42,181 nucleotides of DNA from contig NC_068985.1 in assembly GCF_001194135.2 (NCBI RefSeq), positions 77,389,678-77,431,858 of the forward strand, given 5' to 3'. Source of the stretch: Octopus bimaculoides (taxonomy: Eukaryota). A program made the position numbers and the translations under genes. Shown here in pieces: positions 23,281 to 36,190 of the stretch. The notes beneath the pieces were generated by a model that saw nothing but the letters and a program-made list of their open reading frames with translations, was not told the DNA's origin and made no database searches. How positions within the stretch are numbered: position 1 is the first letter of the stretch; every line of letters begins with the position of its first letter.

Positions 23281-24552
23281 CAACTTCCCACTCTCCCGCC
23301 TTAAATAATTTCTAAGAAGAGCACAAGGCTTGCAATTTGGTAGGAGCGAAACAGTCGAAGCAATTTGACGTGCTAACGTCCCAGCCAATCGACCGCTATG
23401 AACCAAACCTATATAATGATGCAATATTGTACAAATAAAGTATAATGTAAAATCTACAAACATTGTCGCATCTGAATTGATTCTAACAATTAATTACATT
23501 ACAAGTTTGTAGAATTCTTTTCTCAAAGAATTGCAGACATAATGGCGCTTTGACTCAATACAGACAACAATCAGAACAAGTGAAAGCTGAAATCCTTGAA
23601 TTCTTCAACCAGAGCTGAATACTAAACAAATATTTATTCAGACGTGAATTTAATTTACATAACCACTTCATCTGACTAATGTTTTGCTTTTTTTTTTTTT
23701 TCGACAAGGACAAGAAGAGCGGGGACAAGTTTTTTTTCTTTCCTTTGTTCTAGATAAAATGATAATCTTTAACATACGTCATATGTTATTATTGTAGCAT
23801 TCCCGAATATTAAGGTACATAATGAATAGGTAAAAATAGGCATACTATATATGTATGTATATATATATATATATATATATNNNNNNNNNNNNNNNNNNNN
23901 NNNNNNNNNNNNNNNNNNNNNNNNNNNNNNNNNNNNNNNNNNNNNNNNNNNNNNNNNNNNNNNNNNNNNNNNNNNNNNNNNNNNNNNNNNNNNNNNNNNN
24001 NNNNNNNNNNNNNNNNNNNNNNNNNNNNNNNNNNNNNNNNNNNNNNNNNNNNNNNNNNNNNNNNNNNNNNNNNNNNNNNNNNNNNNNNNNNNNNNNNNNN
24101 NNNNNNNNNNNNNNNNNNNNNNNNNNNNNNNNNNNNNNNNNNNNNNNNNNNNNNNNNNNNNNNNNNNNNNNNNNNNNNNNNNNNNNNNNNNNNNNNNNNN
24201 NNNNNNNNNNNNNNNNNNNNNNNNNNNNNNNNNNNNNNNNNNNNNNNNNNNNNNNNNNNNNNNNNNNNNNNNNNNNNNNNNNNNNNNNNNNNNNNNNNNN
24301 NNNNNNNNNNNNNNNNNNNNNNNNNNNNNNNNNNNNNNNNNNNNNNNNNNNNNNNNNNNNNNNNNNNNNNNNNNNNNNNNNNNNNNNNNNNNNNNNNNNN
24401 NNNNNNNNNNNNNNNNNNNNNNNNNNNNNNNNNNNNNNNNNNNNNNNNNNNNNNNNNNNNNNNNNNNNNNNNNNNNNNNNNNNNNNNNNNNNNNNNNNNN
24501 NNNNNNNNNNNNNNNNNNNNNNNNNNNNNNNNNNNNNNNNNNNNNNNNNNNN

Positions 24553-25999
24553 AACTTAGTTGTCGATTTTGACGTATGGGGTATCAAAAAATTCAATAAT
24601 CTTTCGGCTATCCAATAATTTTATTTTCATTTACATATTTGCATTATAAAAATTTAACATTCTAATCTTTCTCTAAGTCAACTATCGTAAATGACATTTT
24701 ATACCACGATGTTGACGACGACGACGTTAAATCCACCTCCATCGTCACAACGTTTTTCAATAGAGGAGAAATGTTGATAGTGTGTGTGAGTGAGTTAGAA
24801 AGAGGGAGGGAGAGGGGGAGAGAGAGTGAAAGAAACAGACATAGACTAAAAGAGAGGAACTATTACAGAGGGTGAGAAAGAATACGTAAGAGCGAGAGAA
24901 ATACAGAATGAGAAAAAGACCGAGAAGAGAAAGAAACAGAGAGAAAACAACTTTCTATAGAAGTTGAAAGAGACAGAGAGAGATAGCGGGAGAGAGAGAG
25001 ACGCTGGTGTTTGATACTGTATGTATATTCTAGCAGATGTCTGTATATTTGTATGTCTGTGCATAACGCCAATGAGGGAATCAGAGGGGAGAGAAAGAAA
25101 CAGAGAAGCATTCTTTGTTTCTCTCGCTCACACATATTCTTTCTCATCCTCTGTAATAGTTTCTCTCTTTTTGTCTAAGTAAGGAAGTGGCTCTTTACTT
25201 CTCCTCCTCCTCCATCTTCTCGTTCATCACAACGTTTTTAGATAGAGGGAGAAATGTAAATTGTGTGTGTGAGTGAGTTAGAAAGAGAGAAAGAAACAAG
25301 CATAGATTAAAAGAGAGGAACTATTACAAAAAGTGAGAGAGAATACGTGTGAGCGTTCGAAAACTTAGCTGCCGATTTTGATGTATGGGGTATCAAAAGA
25401 TTCAATATTCTTTCGGCTACCAAATAACTTTATTTTCATTTACATATTTGTATTATAAAAAATTAACATTATAATCTTTCTATAAGTCAACTTTCGTAAA
25501 CGACATTTTATACCACGATGACAATGACAACGATGTCACATCTATATCTATATATTAGCAGATGTCTGTGTATTTGTATGCTTGTGCATAATGCCAATGA
25601 AGGAGTGAGAAGAGACAGAAAGAAACAGAGAAGGAAAGTGAGGAAGTGGCTCTTTACTTCTTCTCCTCCATCTCCTCATTCGTGTGTGGGTGAGAAAGAA
25701 AGAGAGATAGGGGGAGAGAAACAGGTATAGACTAAAAGAGAGGAACTATTAGAGAGGGTGAAAGAGAAAATGTGTGAGCGAGAGAAACACAGAATGAGAA
25801 AAAGACAGAGAGAAGAAAGAAAGAAAGAAACACAGAAAGAAAACAAGTTTCTATAGGAGGAGTTAAAAGAGAGACGGATAGCGGGAGAGAGAGACGCTGA
25901 TGTTTGATACTGTATGTATGTTCTATAGGTGAAGGTGAAAGAAAGCCGACACAAAGAGAGGGGAAAAGTAGAAAAGAAAGAGATGCTGATGTTTGATAC

Positions 26000-26035
<36 letters not shown>

Positions 26036-26050
26036 TGTGTGCGTATGTGT
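24553..26050. repeat. Modular, shuffled tandem duplication in AG-rich DNA
   Basis: ~190-bp block at 24553 repeated at ~25362; ATAGA(C/T)TAAAAGAGAGGAACTATT three times; TGTTTGATACTGTATGT three times. Confidence 0.85.
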
Positions 26051-26229
26051 GCGCGTGCGAGTGCCTCATTCCACAATCACCATTTAGTTCAATCACTCTT
26101 GTGAAGATATTCATGTAACTTTCATTTTTTCACTTAATCCTCATTTTAATTTTCAAAAAAGTTAAGTTTTCGAGAAAAATGTTCTCACTCTTTACAAGAA
26201 GAGACGGGGTAGATGTTGATGGTCATTAT

Positions 26230-27443
26230 TCTACAGTGAAGCAAAGACGAGTACAGGTCACTAGACACCCCTTCCCATTGATAGCAAAGACATGAAAACG
26301 ACCAAAGGAGGCTGTTTCACGTAATGCCAATGAGTTACAAGGGCCAAGGGATAAACGGTTAGAACAATTACGTTAACAAAACGCAAAGCGCAGAAGCCAA
26401 GAGTCAAAAAAGGAAAGAGAAAAATGTTTAAAGGATGCAAGACAAAGACAAGCTGCCAGGTTTACTAATGAAACAATAGGTTAGCGAGAGATGAAACAAA
26501 GAAACAACCAGGAGCAAACAGTTGCTGCAAGACTTCGCCAATCCTTAGAGGAAAGGCCTAAGCGTTTTTATCAAGATAGGCTGAATACGTTTGACAAAAG
26601 AGTTGCACCTTTTAAGGGGATTTGGAAAGGATTAGATTTCAACTACGATCCAAACCATGATTATTCTACAGAGAAATTTATTGATATTGGAGCATGTCAA
26701 AAGAGTGCAGTCTATGTAAAGGAAAGAAATGGGAAAGAGAAACCACCACTATGGGTTGCGGTGGAGGAACGGTTGTTTTACCGACGTTTGGTACACCCCC
26801 GGATACTTTGAAGGTATTGCTTTTGGGAAACACACCAAGGAGCATGCACTTCTTGAAAAACACTTGGAATTATAATTCTGCTTTCCAAATGACCTCCTTT
26901 GGTAGTAATATTATAAGAGAAGGGAACATGAAGCCAACTTTTAAAATCCATTGTATTAGATCTTTGTTGCCAACTGAAAGCAAAAATCCTCAGTTTTTAC
27001 AGCTATATTTTGTGACGAATTACAAGGAGCAGGCTTTGCAACGGTCATTTAACCTTACAAATTTGAAAAAAGAGTTAATCTTTGATCTGCAAGATATGTT
27101 GCATACAAACAATAGCTACATCAGAAGCTTCAAGTATGCACTGGAATCTGCAAAACCCACTGAATGCAAGATAGTTATTGATGCAGACAAAAAGCCTATT
27201 GCTGAGCACAAAGGCCACTACAATGCCCCTGCTGCAAATGAAGTAGCAGCAATTATTACCGGTGACGAGTATGGGAAGAGAGATATTATTATTCAAGGAA
27301 GAAGAAATAAGATTCAGCGGATAAATGTAACCCACCGATCATATGATGCACTCCAGTATCCATTAATCTGTGTGTTTGGTCAAGATGGATATCACTTTGG
27401 TATTAAAAAAAGAAAGATACGTAATTTCCTTCAACATATGTGA
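26230..27443 (+). mobile_element. Helitron Rep/Hel N-terminal fragment
   Basis: ORFs 26491-26811 and 26694-27443 carry Helitron motifs FNYDP, YNSAFQMTSFG, FLQLYF, LQDMLHTNN, NAPAANEVAAII and THRSYDALQYPL; one frameshift; truncated before the Rep HUH and helicase domains. Confidence 0.9.
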
Positions 27444-27487
27444 TAGAAGTTATCTCCCTTCATAAAAGTGGTAAATTTTGTATTTTC

Positions 27488-27488
27488 G

Positions 27489-27547
<59 letters not shown>

Positions 27548-27562
27548 CATTATTATTATTAT
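27488..27562. repeat. (ATT)n microsatellite
   Basis: Direct reading. Confidence 0.95.
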
Positions 27563-28862
27563 TTTGCATTATAAATTCAGAATTGATTTCCCAATTGAAA
27601 AATAAATTGAATTTAGAATAACAAATTTCTATGAAACATTTTACTTCTTTCTTCCAATATATAAAGAACAATTNNNNNNNNNNNNNNNNNNNNNNNNNNN
27701 NNNNNNNNNNNNNNNNNNNNNNNNNNNNNNNNNNNNNNNNNNNNNNNNNNNNNNNNNNNNNNNNNNNNNNNNNNNNNNNNNNNNNNNNNNNNNNNNNNNN
27801 NNNNNNNNNNNNNNNNNNNNNNNNNNNNNNNNNNNNNNNNNNNNNNNNNNNNNNNNNNNNNNNNNNNNNNNNNNNNNNNNNNNNNNNNNNNNNNNNNNNN
27901 NNNNNNNNNNNNNNNNNNNNNNNNNNNNNNNNNNNNNNNNNNNNNNNNNNNNNNNNNNNNNNNNNNNNNNNNNNNNNNNNNNNNNNNNNNNNNNNNNNNN
28001 NNNNNNNNNNNNNNNNNNNNNNNNNNNNNNNNNNNNNNNNNNNNNNNNNNNNNNNNNNNNNNNNNNNNNNNNNNNNNNNNNNNNNNNNNNNNNNNNNNNN
28101 NNNNNNNNNNNNNNNNNNNNNNNNNNNNNNNNNNNNNNNNNNNNNNNNNNNNNNNNNNNNNNNNNNNNNNNNNNNNNNNNNNNNNNNNNNNNNNNNNNNN
28201 NNNNNNNNNNNTTATCCGGTTGCATCTCAGTAACATGTGCTTATACAGAATAATATTCAACACTGAATATATTCTAATTATTTATAATACAATATAGGAT
28301 AAATTCTTTATAAGAATTTATCAAGTAGTCAGCGTGAAAAAAACCTCATAATGAAAAAAATAACGAAAAATTTCGTAATGAAAAAATTCATCATTTCTTC
28401 ATAAATATAATTAATTATATATAAAGGGCATTAACTGTGTAGTAATGCCTCACGCTTCGAGGGACTTCAACAGAAAGGAATAAGAGAAAATAAAGAGAGA
28501 GAATGAAAAAAAACTTGTAGATTTAGCGATCAAGCATAGCGAATGATTAGAAAAAAATCTGAAAGAAGAGGTTGAAAATGCTGGTGATCCCAAATGAAGG
28601 TGCGCATGCGTGTGTGTGTATGTGAGAACGGTGTATGTGAATGTGTAAGTGTGTGTGTGTGTGTGCGTGTGATTAAGGGCTAGTGACTCTGACGTGTGTG
28701 AGTGTGTGCATTTGTAAGTGCGTGTGTGTGTTGTGTGTAGTAGTTGGTGTGCTTTTGACGTGGTGTGTGTACATGTGTGTGTGTGTGTCTGTCTGTCTGT
28801 GACCAAACAGTGTGCATATGTATGGTGTACATACACACACACACACACACGCACACAGGACT

Positions 28863-29227
28863 CTGTCAGACAATTTCTGCGACCACATCACCCCTGACAT
28901 CTGGCCACCTAACTCCCCACACTGCAATCCCCTTCATTATTATGTGTGGGGCACAGTTGAGTGAGAGACCAACAAAGCTCCTTGTAACACCAAAAATGAA
29001 CTGAAGGCAAGGATTCTGGCAGCACTCACCAACTTAAACATGGAAACTGCTCAGAAGAGTTGCAGGAGATTCCGAAGTCGTTTGGAAGCTGTGGTTGATG
29101 CTAACGGTGATTTTATTGAATACATTTGCTCTTTAGTATTTCAAGATGTTTTCATGTAATTTTGGTTAATATATCAGTTAAAATGAGATGTTAGTGTTAT
29201 TTTCATTTTTGCATAATTTAAACCCTG
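28863..29227 (+). mobile_element. Tc1/mariner (maT/DD37D-like) transposase 3' remnant with right terminus
   Basis: Reads DIWPPNSPHCNPLHYYVWGTVE*ETNK...CRRFRSRLEAVVDANGDFIE; ends CCCTG followed by TA. Confidence 0.8.
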
Positions 29228-29239
29228 TATGTATACATA

Positions 29240-29915
<676 letters not shown>

Positions 29916-29944
29916 ATAATAGATACATAGATATGTGTGTAGTC

Positions 29945-30425
29945 ACCGAATAGCGCTAAACTAACAGCGCAGCCTGAAGGGGTCCAGTGTCATTACACTA
30001 AAAATATTGTAAAAGTGCAGCAGATGAACGACAGGGAGGCTGAAAAAATTACGTATATACTTCCTGGTGAGAAAATGCAACAGATATACAATAATATAAT
30101 AATCTACATATGGAAATTTCTGAAAGGGCTAGTACCTAATTTCAGCATGGAGTGTTATACAAATAATCCGAACTGGATGCCATTGCATTGTACCAAAGGT
30201 ACCGTCCACCCAATCTGATGTCAAGACAAGGTACTGCAACAGATTAGGGTTTAAAAGCCCAAAACTTTTCAATACTCTGGCAAAAAAGAAGAAACGTACA
30301 CAATGTGGACGGGGATGTCTTCAAAAAGGAACTGAACATTGTCCTATCCAGATGAACAAATGAGCCGGTATGAAGTACAGATGAAGGCAGCAGTGCCAAA
30401 TACCCACTTACTCGAAATGGGCCAA
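29945..30425 (+). mobile_element. CR1/L2-like LINE 3' end, decayed
   Basis: Frames give EGVQCHYTKNI, IIYIWKFLKGLVPNF, HCIVPKVPS and FKKEL, typical of the CR1-group RT C-terminus. Confidence 0.7.
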
Positions 30426-30616
30426 CAACCTAGAGGAAAGGGATACGCAAGTGTGGTGGTATGAAATGCGACGGCCCTGAAGAAATCAGCCAAAGAACAA
30501 AGATAAGATGTGTAAAACTAAAAAATCACGGTGGTGCTCTAGTATGACCGCACCCTCATGGCTGAAACGAATAAAAGAATAATAGAATAAAAGAACATAT
30601 ATATATATATATATAC

Positions 30617-30771
30617 TTTATTTAAAAGCAGCAGAAATATAACAAAAGACTGTTACTCTGAGTTTCACGTTCCCGTTCATCGGACAAAACTGTCTTTTGT
30701 TATATTTCTGCTGCTTTTAAATAAAACATATTACTCTACCTCTGGTATTTGAGTACTCTTTTTTCCACCTT
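30617..30771. mobile_element. Penelope-like pseudo-LTR with perfect 34-bp inverted repeat
   Basis: 30617-30650 is the exact reverse complement of 30692-30725 and encloses a hammerhead motif. The PLE assignment is inference. Confidence 0.6.
30651..30686 (-). ncRNA. Candidate minimal type I hammerhead ribozyme (U4C variant)
   Basis: Minus strand TGT-CCGATGA-ACG GGAA CGT-GAAA-CTCAGA-GTA-ACA gives stem I, core, stem II, GAAA, short stem III and a GUA site. Confidence 0.6.
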
Positions 30772-32784
30772 NNNNNNNNNNNNNNNNNNNNNNNNNNNNN
30801 NNNNNNNNNNNNNNNNNNNNNNNNNNNNNNNNNNNNNNNNNNNNNNNNNNNNNNNNNNNNNNNNNNNNNNNNNNNNNNNNNNNNNNNNNNNNNNNNNNNN
30901 NNNNNNNNNNNNNNNNNNNNNNNNNNNNNNNNNNNNNNNNNNNNNNNNNNNNNNNNNNNNNNNNNNNNNNNNNNNNNNNNNNNNNNNNNNNNNNNNNNNN
31001 NNNNNNNNNNNNNNNNNNNNNNNNNNNNNNNNNNNNNNNNNNNNNNNNNNNNNNNNNNNNNNNNNNNNNNNNNNNNNNNNNNNNNNNNNNNNNNNNNNNN
31101 NNNNNNNNNNNNNNNNNNNNNNNNNNNNNNNNNNNNNNNNNNNNNNNNNNNNNNNNNNNNNNNNNNNNNNNNNNNNNNNNNNNNNNNNNNNNNNNNNNNN
31201 NNNNNNNNNNNNNNNNNNNNNNNNNNNNNNNNNNNNNNNNNNNNNNNNNNNNNNNNNNNNNNNNNNNNNNNNNNNNNNNNNNNNNNNNNNNNNNNNNNNN
31301 NNNNNNNNNNNNNNNNNNNNNNNNNNNNNNNNNNNNNNNNNNNNNNNNNNNNNNNNNNNNNNNNNNNNNNNNNNNNNNNNNNNNNNNNNNNNNNNNNNNN
31401 NNNNNNNNNNNNNNNNNNNNNNNNNNNNNNNNNNNNNNNNNNNNNNNNNNNNNNNNNNNNNNNNNNNNNNNNNNNNNNNNNNNNNNNNNNNNNNNNNNNN
31501 NNNNNNNNNNNNNNNNNNNNNNNNNNNNNNNNNNNNNNNNNNNNNNNNNNNNNNNNNNNNNNNNNNNNNNNNNNNNNNNNNTATATATAACAAACGAAAA
31601 CCCTGTCTCCTACATGAAACACTTGAAAAGAAATCTACTAGGGAAAAAAACATCTCGTGCGATCTAAATTACTTTTTACGGAGTATCTGATTCGCTGACC
31701 TTTTTATTAAGTGATATCTCCTAAAGCAAAGGGAACAACACAAGACTTTGTCTTCATATAACAATCCGAGCCACGATTCACTGAAATCTTGTTGCTTTTT
31801 CTTCTATGTCTACGAGTAAAGTTTTAGCAATTCACTGTTTTTTTATCGATTTATTTGACCAATGAGACAGCAGCACTTCTTAGGCATTCATCTGCTCCAT
31901 AAACGGAACTCAAATTTGTTCGGTGTCAGTCTTCGACAAAATTCAGACAGAACAAGAAATCGGCAAAGAGATCGGCCTATTCTTATTTTAACTAATTTTA
32001 ATACAAGACACGTTACAGCTGAACGAGGCATCGATTGCAGTATCTCGATTCTGCCAGGTTACTGACTATGTATGTTGATGCTTTTTTTTTCCTTTTCTCT
32101 CATTCCTGGTCACACTATGTGTGTGAGACTTCTGCATTAGAAGAAGAACTTGTTTCTAACAAATATATAAATTTCATCGCTGACTTTCCCAAAACATTCA
32201 TATGCGCAACTCGTGTTAACCTAAACCCTGTCTCTTTTTCTCCCTATATTTTAAATGAAAATTTTTACTTATCTCTGTGAGAGTTACTGTCTCATTCAAA
32301 CCAGTTCTTTGTGAGCATTTGAGAAGTAAACATAACCATATTGAATTAGAGTATCTCTAAGGCCGGCAGAGTGGTAGCTTCTAGTAAGAAATAAAAGAGA
32401 ACACACAAACAAACACACAATTATTATTGTCTCTCGCCTCAGTATTTTTTCTTCAGCCTTAAACACCTTTCTCTAGTTTCCTACCTTCGGTATCTAGTTG
32501 GGGACTGAACCATTTTGGAGTTAAATGCATTGGTAATGAACATAATGAAGTGCTAATGACTGTATACAAAGTTTCCTTATGCTGATATGAATTCTATGTC
32601 AATTTAGATGCTCTGCCGATTGAACGACTAACTCGTTATAGTAAAGTGTGACACAATATGCGTCTGCATCTGTTTTCAAAAGGCGTACCTTTTGACTAAC
32701 AAATACAGTCTATTTGATTGGCTTCCGCACAATTTCTGTTTACCAAATTTCAATCACGTGGTTGATCCACGGCTATAGTGAACA

Positions 32785-32948
32785 TACAGTGCAGGTGTGG
32801 ATGCATAGTATGAAATTTACTTCCCAACCACATGGTTCCGGCTTCAGTTCACTGCGTGGCATCTAAGATAAATGTCTTCTACAATATCACCAGGCCGACC
32901 AAATCCTTACGGGTGGATTTGGCAGACGGAAACTGAAAGAATCTCGTC

Positions 32949-33005
<57 letters not shown>
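32785..33005 (+). mobile_element. SINE family B head followed by (TA)n
   Basis: TTCCCAACCACATGGTTCCGGCTTCAG...GGATTTGGCAGACGGAAACTGAAAGAA. Confidence 0.75.
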
Positions 33006-33008
<3 letters not shown>

Positions 33009-33849
33009 GATGAAGGATGGTACTTTTATGTTATATACCCACGGACAACTGTAGCTAGTCCCAACAATGGTTGGTTATAACCAAAATACAGCGGGCAAGA
33101 ACAACATGCCTTGGACAACTCAGTATATTTAGCGGGACATCCCCTTCTTTATGCATATACCTGATGTGACACAAACTGTACAGATTCATGCAACACATTT
33201 AGATGCACATTATCCTACCCATAACGGACAGTTGCAGGATGGGTCGAAACGATCGTCGTACTGAATAAAGATTAGTGCTAAATCTATCTTCCGTTTCCTT
33301 CACCAATTATTATCTCAACTAACACTGTGGAATTCCTGATGTAGATCCAGAGGAAATATATCGCAAACCGTGGATGACACCAATACACTAATTGACATGT
33401 ACCCATTAGTTCAAAAAATTACATATATATATAATTTTTTTACAATTACATATATTTATATATGTAAGAGATTTTCTAACTAGCTACTTTGCTTGTTGCA
33501 AGATCAGTGTCTGGTTGTCACTTATTTTTTTTTATCTATTGCGAGCTGGCGCGAACTACTGTTATCTCTAGCGGACGAGTATCCACAACTGGAGATGTGC
33601 AGAAATAACTCGAAACTGTACGGTTTGGTGGTCCTGTCACTGGAACATGGTAGGGGTTTGTTCCCCTGCTTGTAATATATATCGGGTGCAGATTGCATCG
33701 ATAACCAGCTGGAGGAGGCTTCCTCCTGGGATTAAAATGGTAGTATCGTCAGTTCCTACGGAACAGCCATGTTGAAGTAGTGATAAACATTTCTTATATG
33801 TGTGTGTGTGTATACATACACACATAAACACACACACACATGTGCATGT

Positions 33850-34058
33850 TTTTGTGTTTATCTGACCCCCGCCCCCTACTTGACAATCAGTGCTGTTTTG
33901 TTTACATCCCCGTAATTTAGCGGTTCTGCAAAAAGAGACCGATAAGATAAATACAGGCTTTAAAAAATAAGTCCTACGGTCAATTGGTTCGACTAAAACC
34001 CTTTAACGTGGTGCCCCAAGATGGCCGCAGTTCAATGACTGAAACAAATAAAAGATAC
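33850..34058 (+). mobile_element. SINE family B tail
   Basis: CTTGACAATCAG...CCCGTAATTTAGCGGTTC...TGACTGAAACAAATAAAAGA. Confidence 0.75.
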
Positions 34059-34507
34059 ATATCCATGGTGTCACGCTGTGAGATCGAACCTGGGACCTCA
34101 TCATTGCGAACGAACTTCTTAAATAATGTCCGCGTTTCTTACACTATCCACTTAGTCCTTAGCGTTATCTGATTAGCGTGTGACAAACAGTAGAATGCTT
34201 GACTAACTACTTTAGATTGTTTTTAGTTTCATCTCGCTGGATTCTCATCTCATTTAGATCAACTTTGTCTTTCATTCAATCATCTATAAAACTCTCCTTT
34301 TTCCTTAAAAATTTCGTGACTTTGTTCTAATGTATCGTTTTGAGCAAACACTGTCTTCCATTAGTGTTTCAGACTTGTGTCTCTAATTCTTTCGAAGGTA
34401 CACCAGCCAATATTCCTTCCTTTTCTTTGTATTTCAATTCTGTTCGTTGCAGACCGTCCGTCGCAAATGTACTAGTTTTAGCTATTATTAGTTAGCATTC
34501 CTCCACT

Positions 34508-34555
<48 letters not shown>

Positions 34556-34822
34556 GTCCAACAGATTTTTGGGATCTGACGATACACCATAAAACTAAAC
34601 CCTTTATGGACGGGAAACCTAAGGTAATCCCATAAACCGGCCTTCCCCATTTTCAATATATACGTCTCTACATCTTAGAGTGTGCTTCTTCTTTCGGATT
34701 TATGTTTTCTACGAACGATATGTTTTCAGTGAATGTGTTTTCACTAGAAATATATATATTTGCGAGAGGTTGACAGACATCTTCAGCCAGCTGGTCTTGC
34801 TACTTCAGGCTAATGACGAAAC

Positions 34823-34944
34823 ATGTCCCTGAATGCAGACTAGGCTGGGTGGGGGTGCTTGTCTCCCCCTCGCGAATATAAGGACACAGGAAATGCGTGA
34901 AGGCCAACAGGAAGCGGTGCAGCTTCCTAGGGCTAAATAGCAGC
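34823..34944 (+). ncRNA. Candidate atypical HDV-like ribozyme
   Basis: L3-like CCCTCGC, GGCCAAC junction, P4 AGGAAGC/GCTTCCT, J4/2 GGCTAA, partial P2 and P1 pairing; junction lengths are non-canonical. Confidence 0.35.
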
Positions 34945-35064
34945 AATATGATTCCCTTATTGGGACTGTCACATTAAGTTGACAGTATACAACTGCTTTA
35001 TCATAACACTGCTGCTTAATTCTCTCTGAGATTTATAATTAGATCATTTCTGATATATTTTCTT

Positions 35065-35460
35065 TTATTCTTTTATTTTTTCATTTATTTCAGTCATTTG
35101 ATTGCGGCCATACTGGAGTACCGCCTTTTAGTCGAACAAATCGACACCAGGACTTATTCTTTGTAAGCCTAGTGCTCATTCTATCGCTGAACCGTTAAGT
35201 TACGGGGGACTTAAACACACTAGCATCAGTTGTCAAGCGATGTTGGCGGAACAAACACAGACATACATATACATACATGTATATATATATAAATATACGA
35301 CGGGCTTCTTTTAGTTTCCGTCTACCAAATCCACTTACAAAGCTTTGGTCGGTCCGAGGCTATAGTAGAAGACACTTGACCAAGATGCCACGCAGTGGGA
35401 CTGAACCCAGAACCATTTGTTTGGTAAGCAAGCTACATACCACACAGCCACTCCTGCGCC
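35065..35460 (-). mobile_element. SINE family B, full length
   Basis: Head GGCGCAGGAGTGGCTGTGTGGTA through tail GACTGAAATAAATGAAAAA, with an internal TA/CA tract. Confidence 0.85.
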
Positions 35461-36190
35461 TATATACATATTATATACGTGATCTGATCAATAANNNNNN
35501 NNNNNNNNNNNNNNNNNNNNNNNNNNNNNNNNNNNNNNNNNNNNNNNNNNNNNNNNNNNNNNNNNNNNNNNNNNNNNNNNNNNNNNNNNNNNNNNNNNNN
35601 NNNNNNNNNNNNNNNNNNNNNNNNNNNNNNNNNNNNNNNNNNNNNNNNNNNNNNNNNNNNNNNNNNNNNNNNNNNNNNNNNNNNNNNNNNNNNNNNNNNN
35701 NNNNNNNNNNNNNNNNNNNNNNNNNNNNNNNNNNNNNNNNNNNNNNNNNNNNNNNNNNNNNNNNNNNNNNNNNNNNNNNNNNNNNNNNNNNNNNNNNNNN
35801 NNNNNNNNNNNNNNNNNNNNNNNNNNNNNNNNNNNNNNNNNNNNNNNNNNNNNNNNNNNNNNNNNNNNNNNNNNNNNNNNNNNNNNNNNNNNNNNNNNNN
35901 NNNNNNNNNNNNNNNNNNNNNNNNNNNNNNNNNNNNNNNNNNNNNNNNNNNNNNNNNNNNNNNNNNNNNNNNNNNNNNNNNNNNNNNNNNNNNNNNNNNN
36001 NNNNNNNNNNNNNNNNNNNNNNNNNNNNNNNNNNNNNNNNNNNNNNNNNNNNNNNNNNNNNNNNNNNNNNNNNNNNNNNNNNNNNNNNNNNNNNNNNNNN
36101 NNNNNNNNNNNNNNNNNNNNNNNNNNNNNNNNNNNNNNNNNNNNNNNNNNNNNNNNNNNNNNNNNNNNNNNNNNNNNNNNNNNNNNNNNN

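Noticed and set aside
33240-33265. Hammerhead 3' half GAAAC-GATC-GTC
   Set aside because: No CUGANGA or matching stem I is found upstream; at most a decayed remnant.
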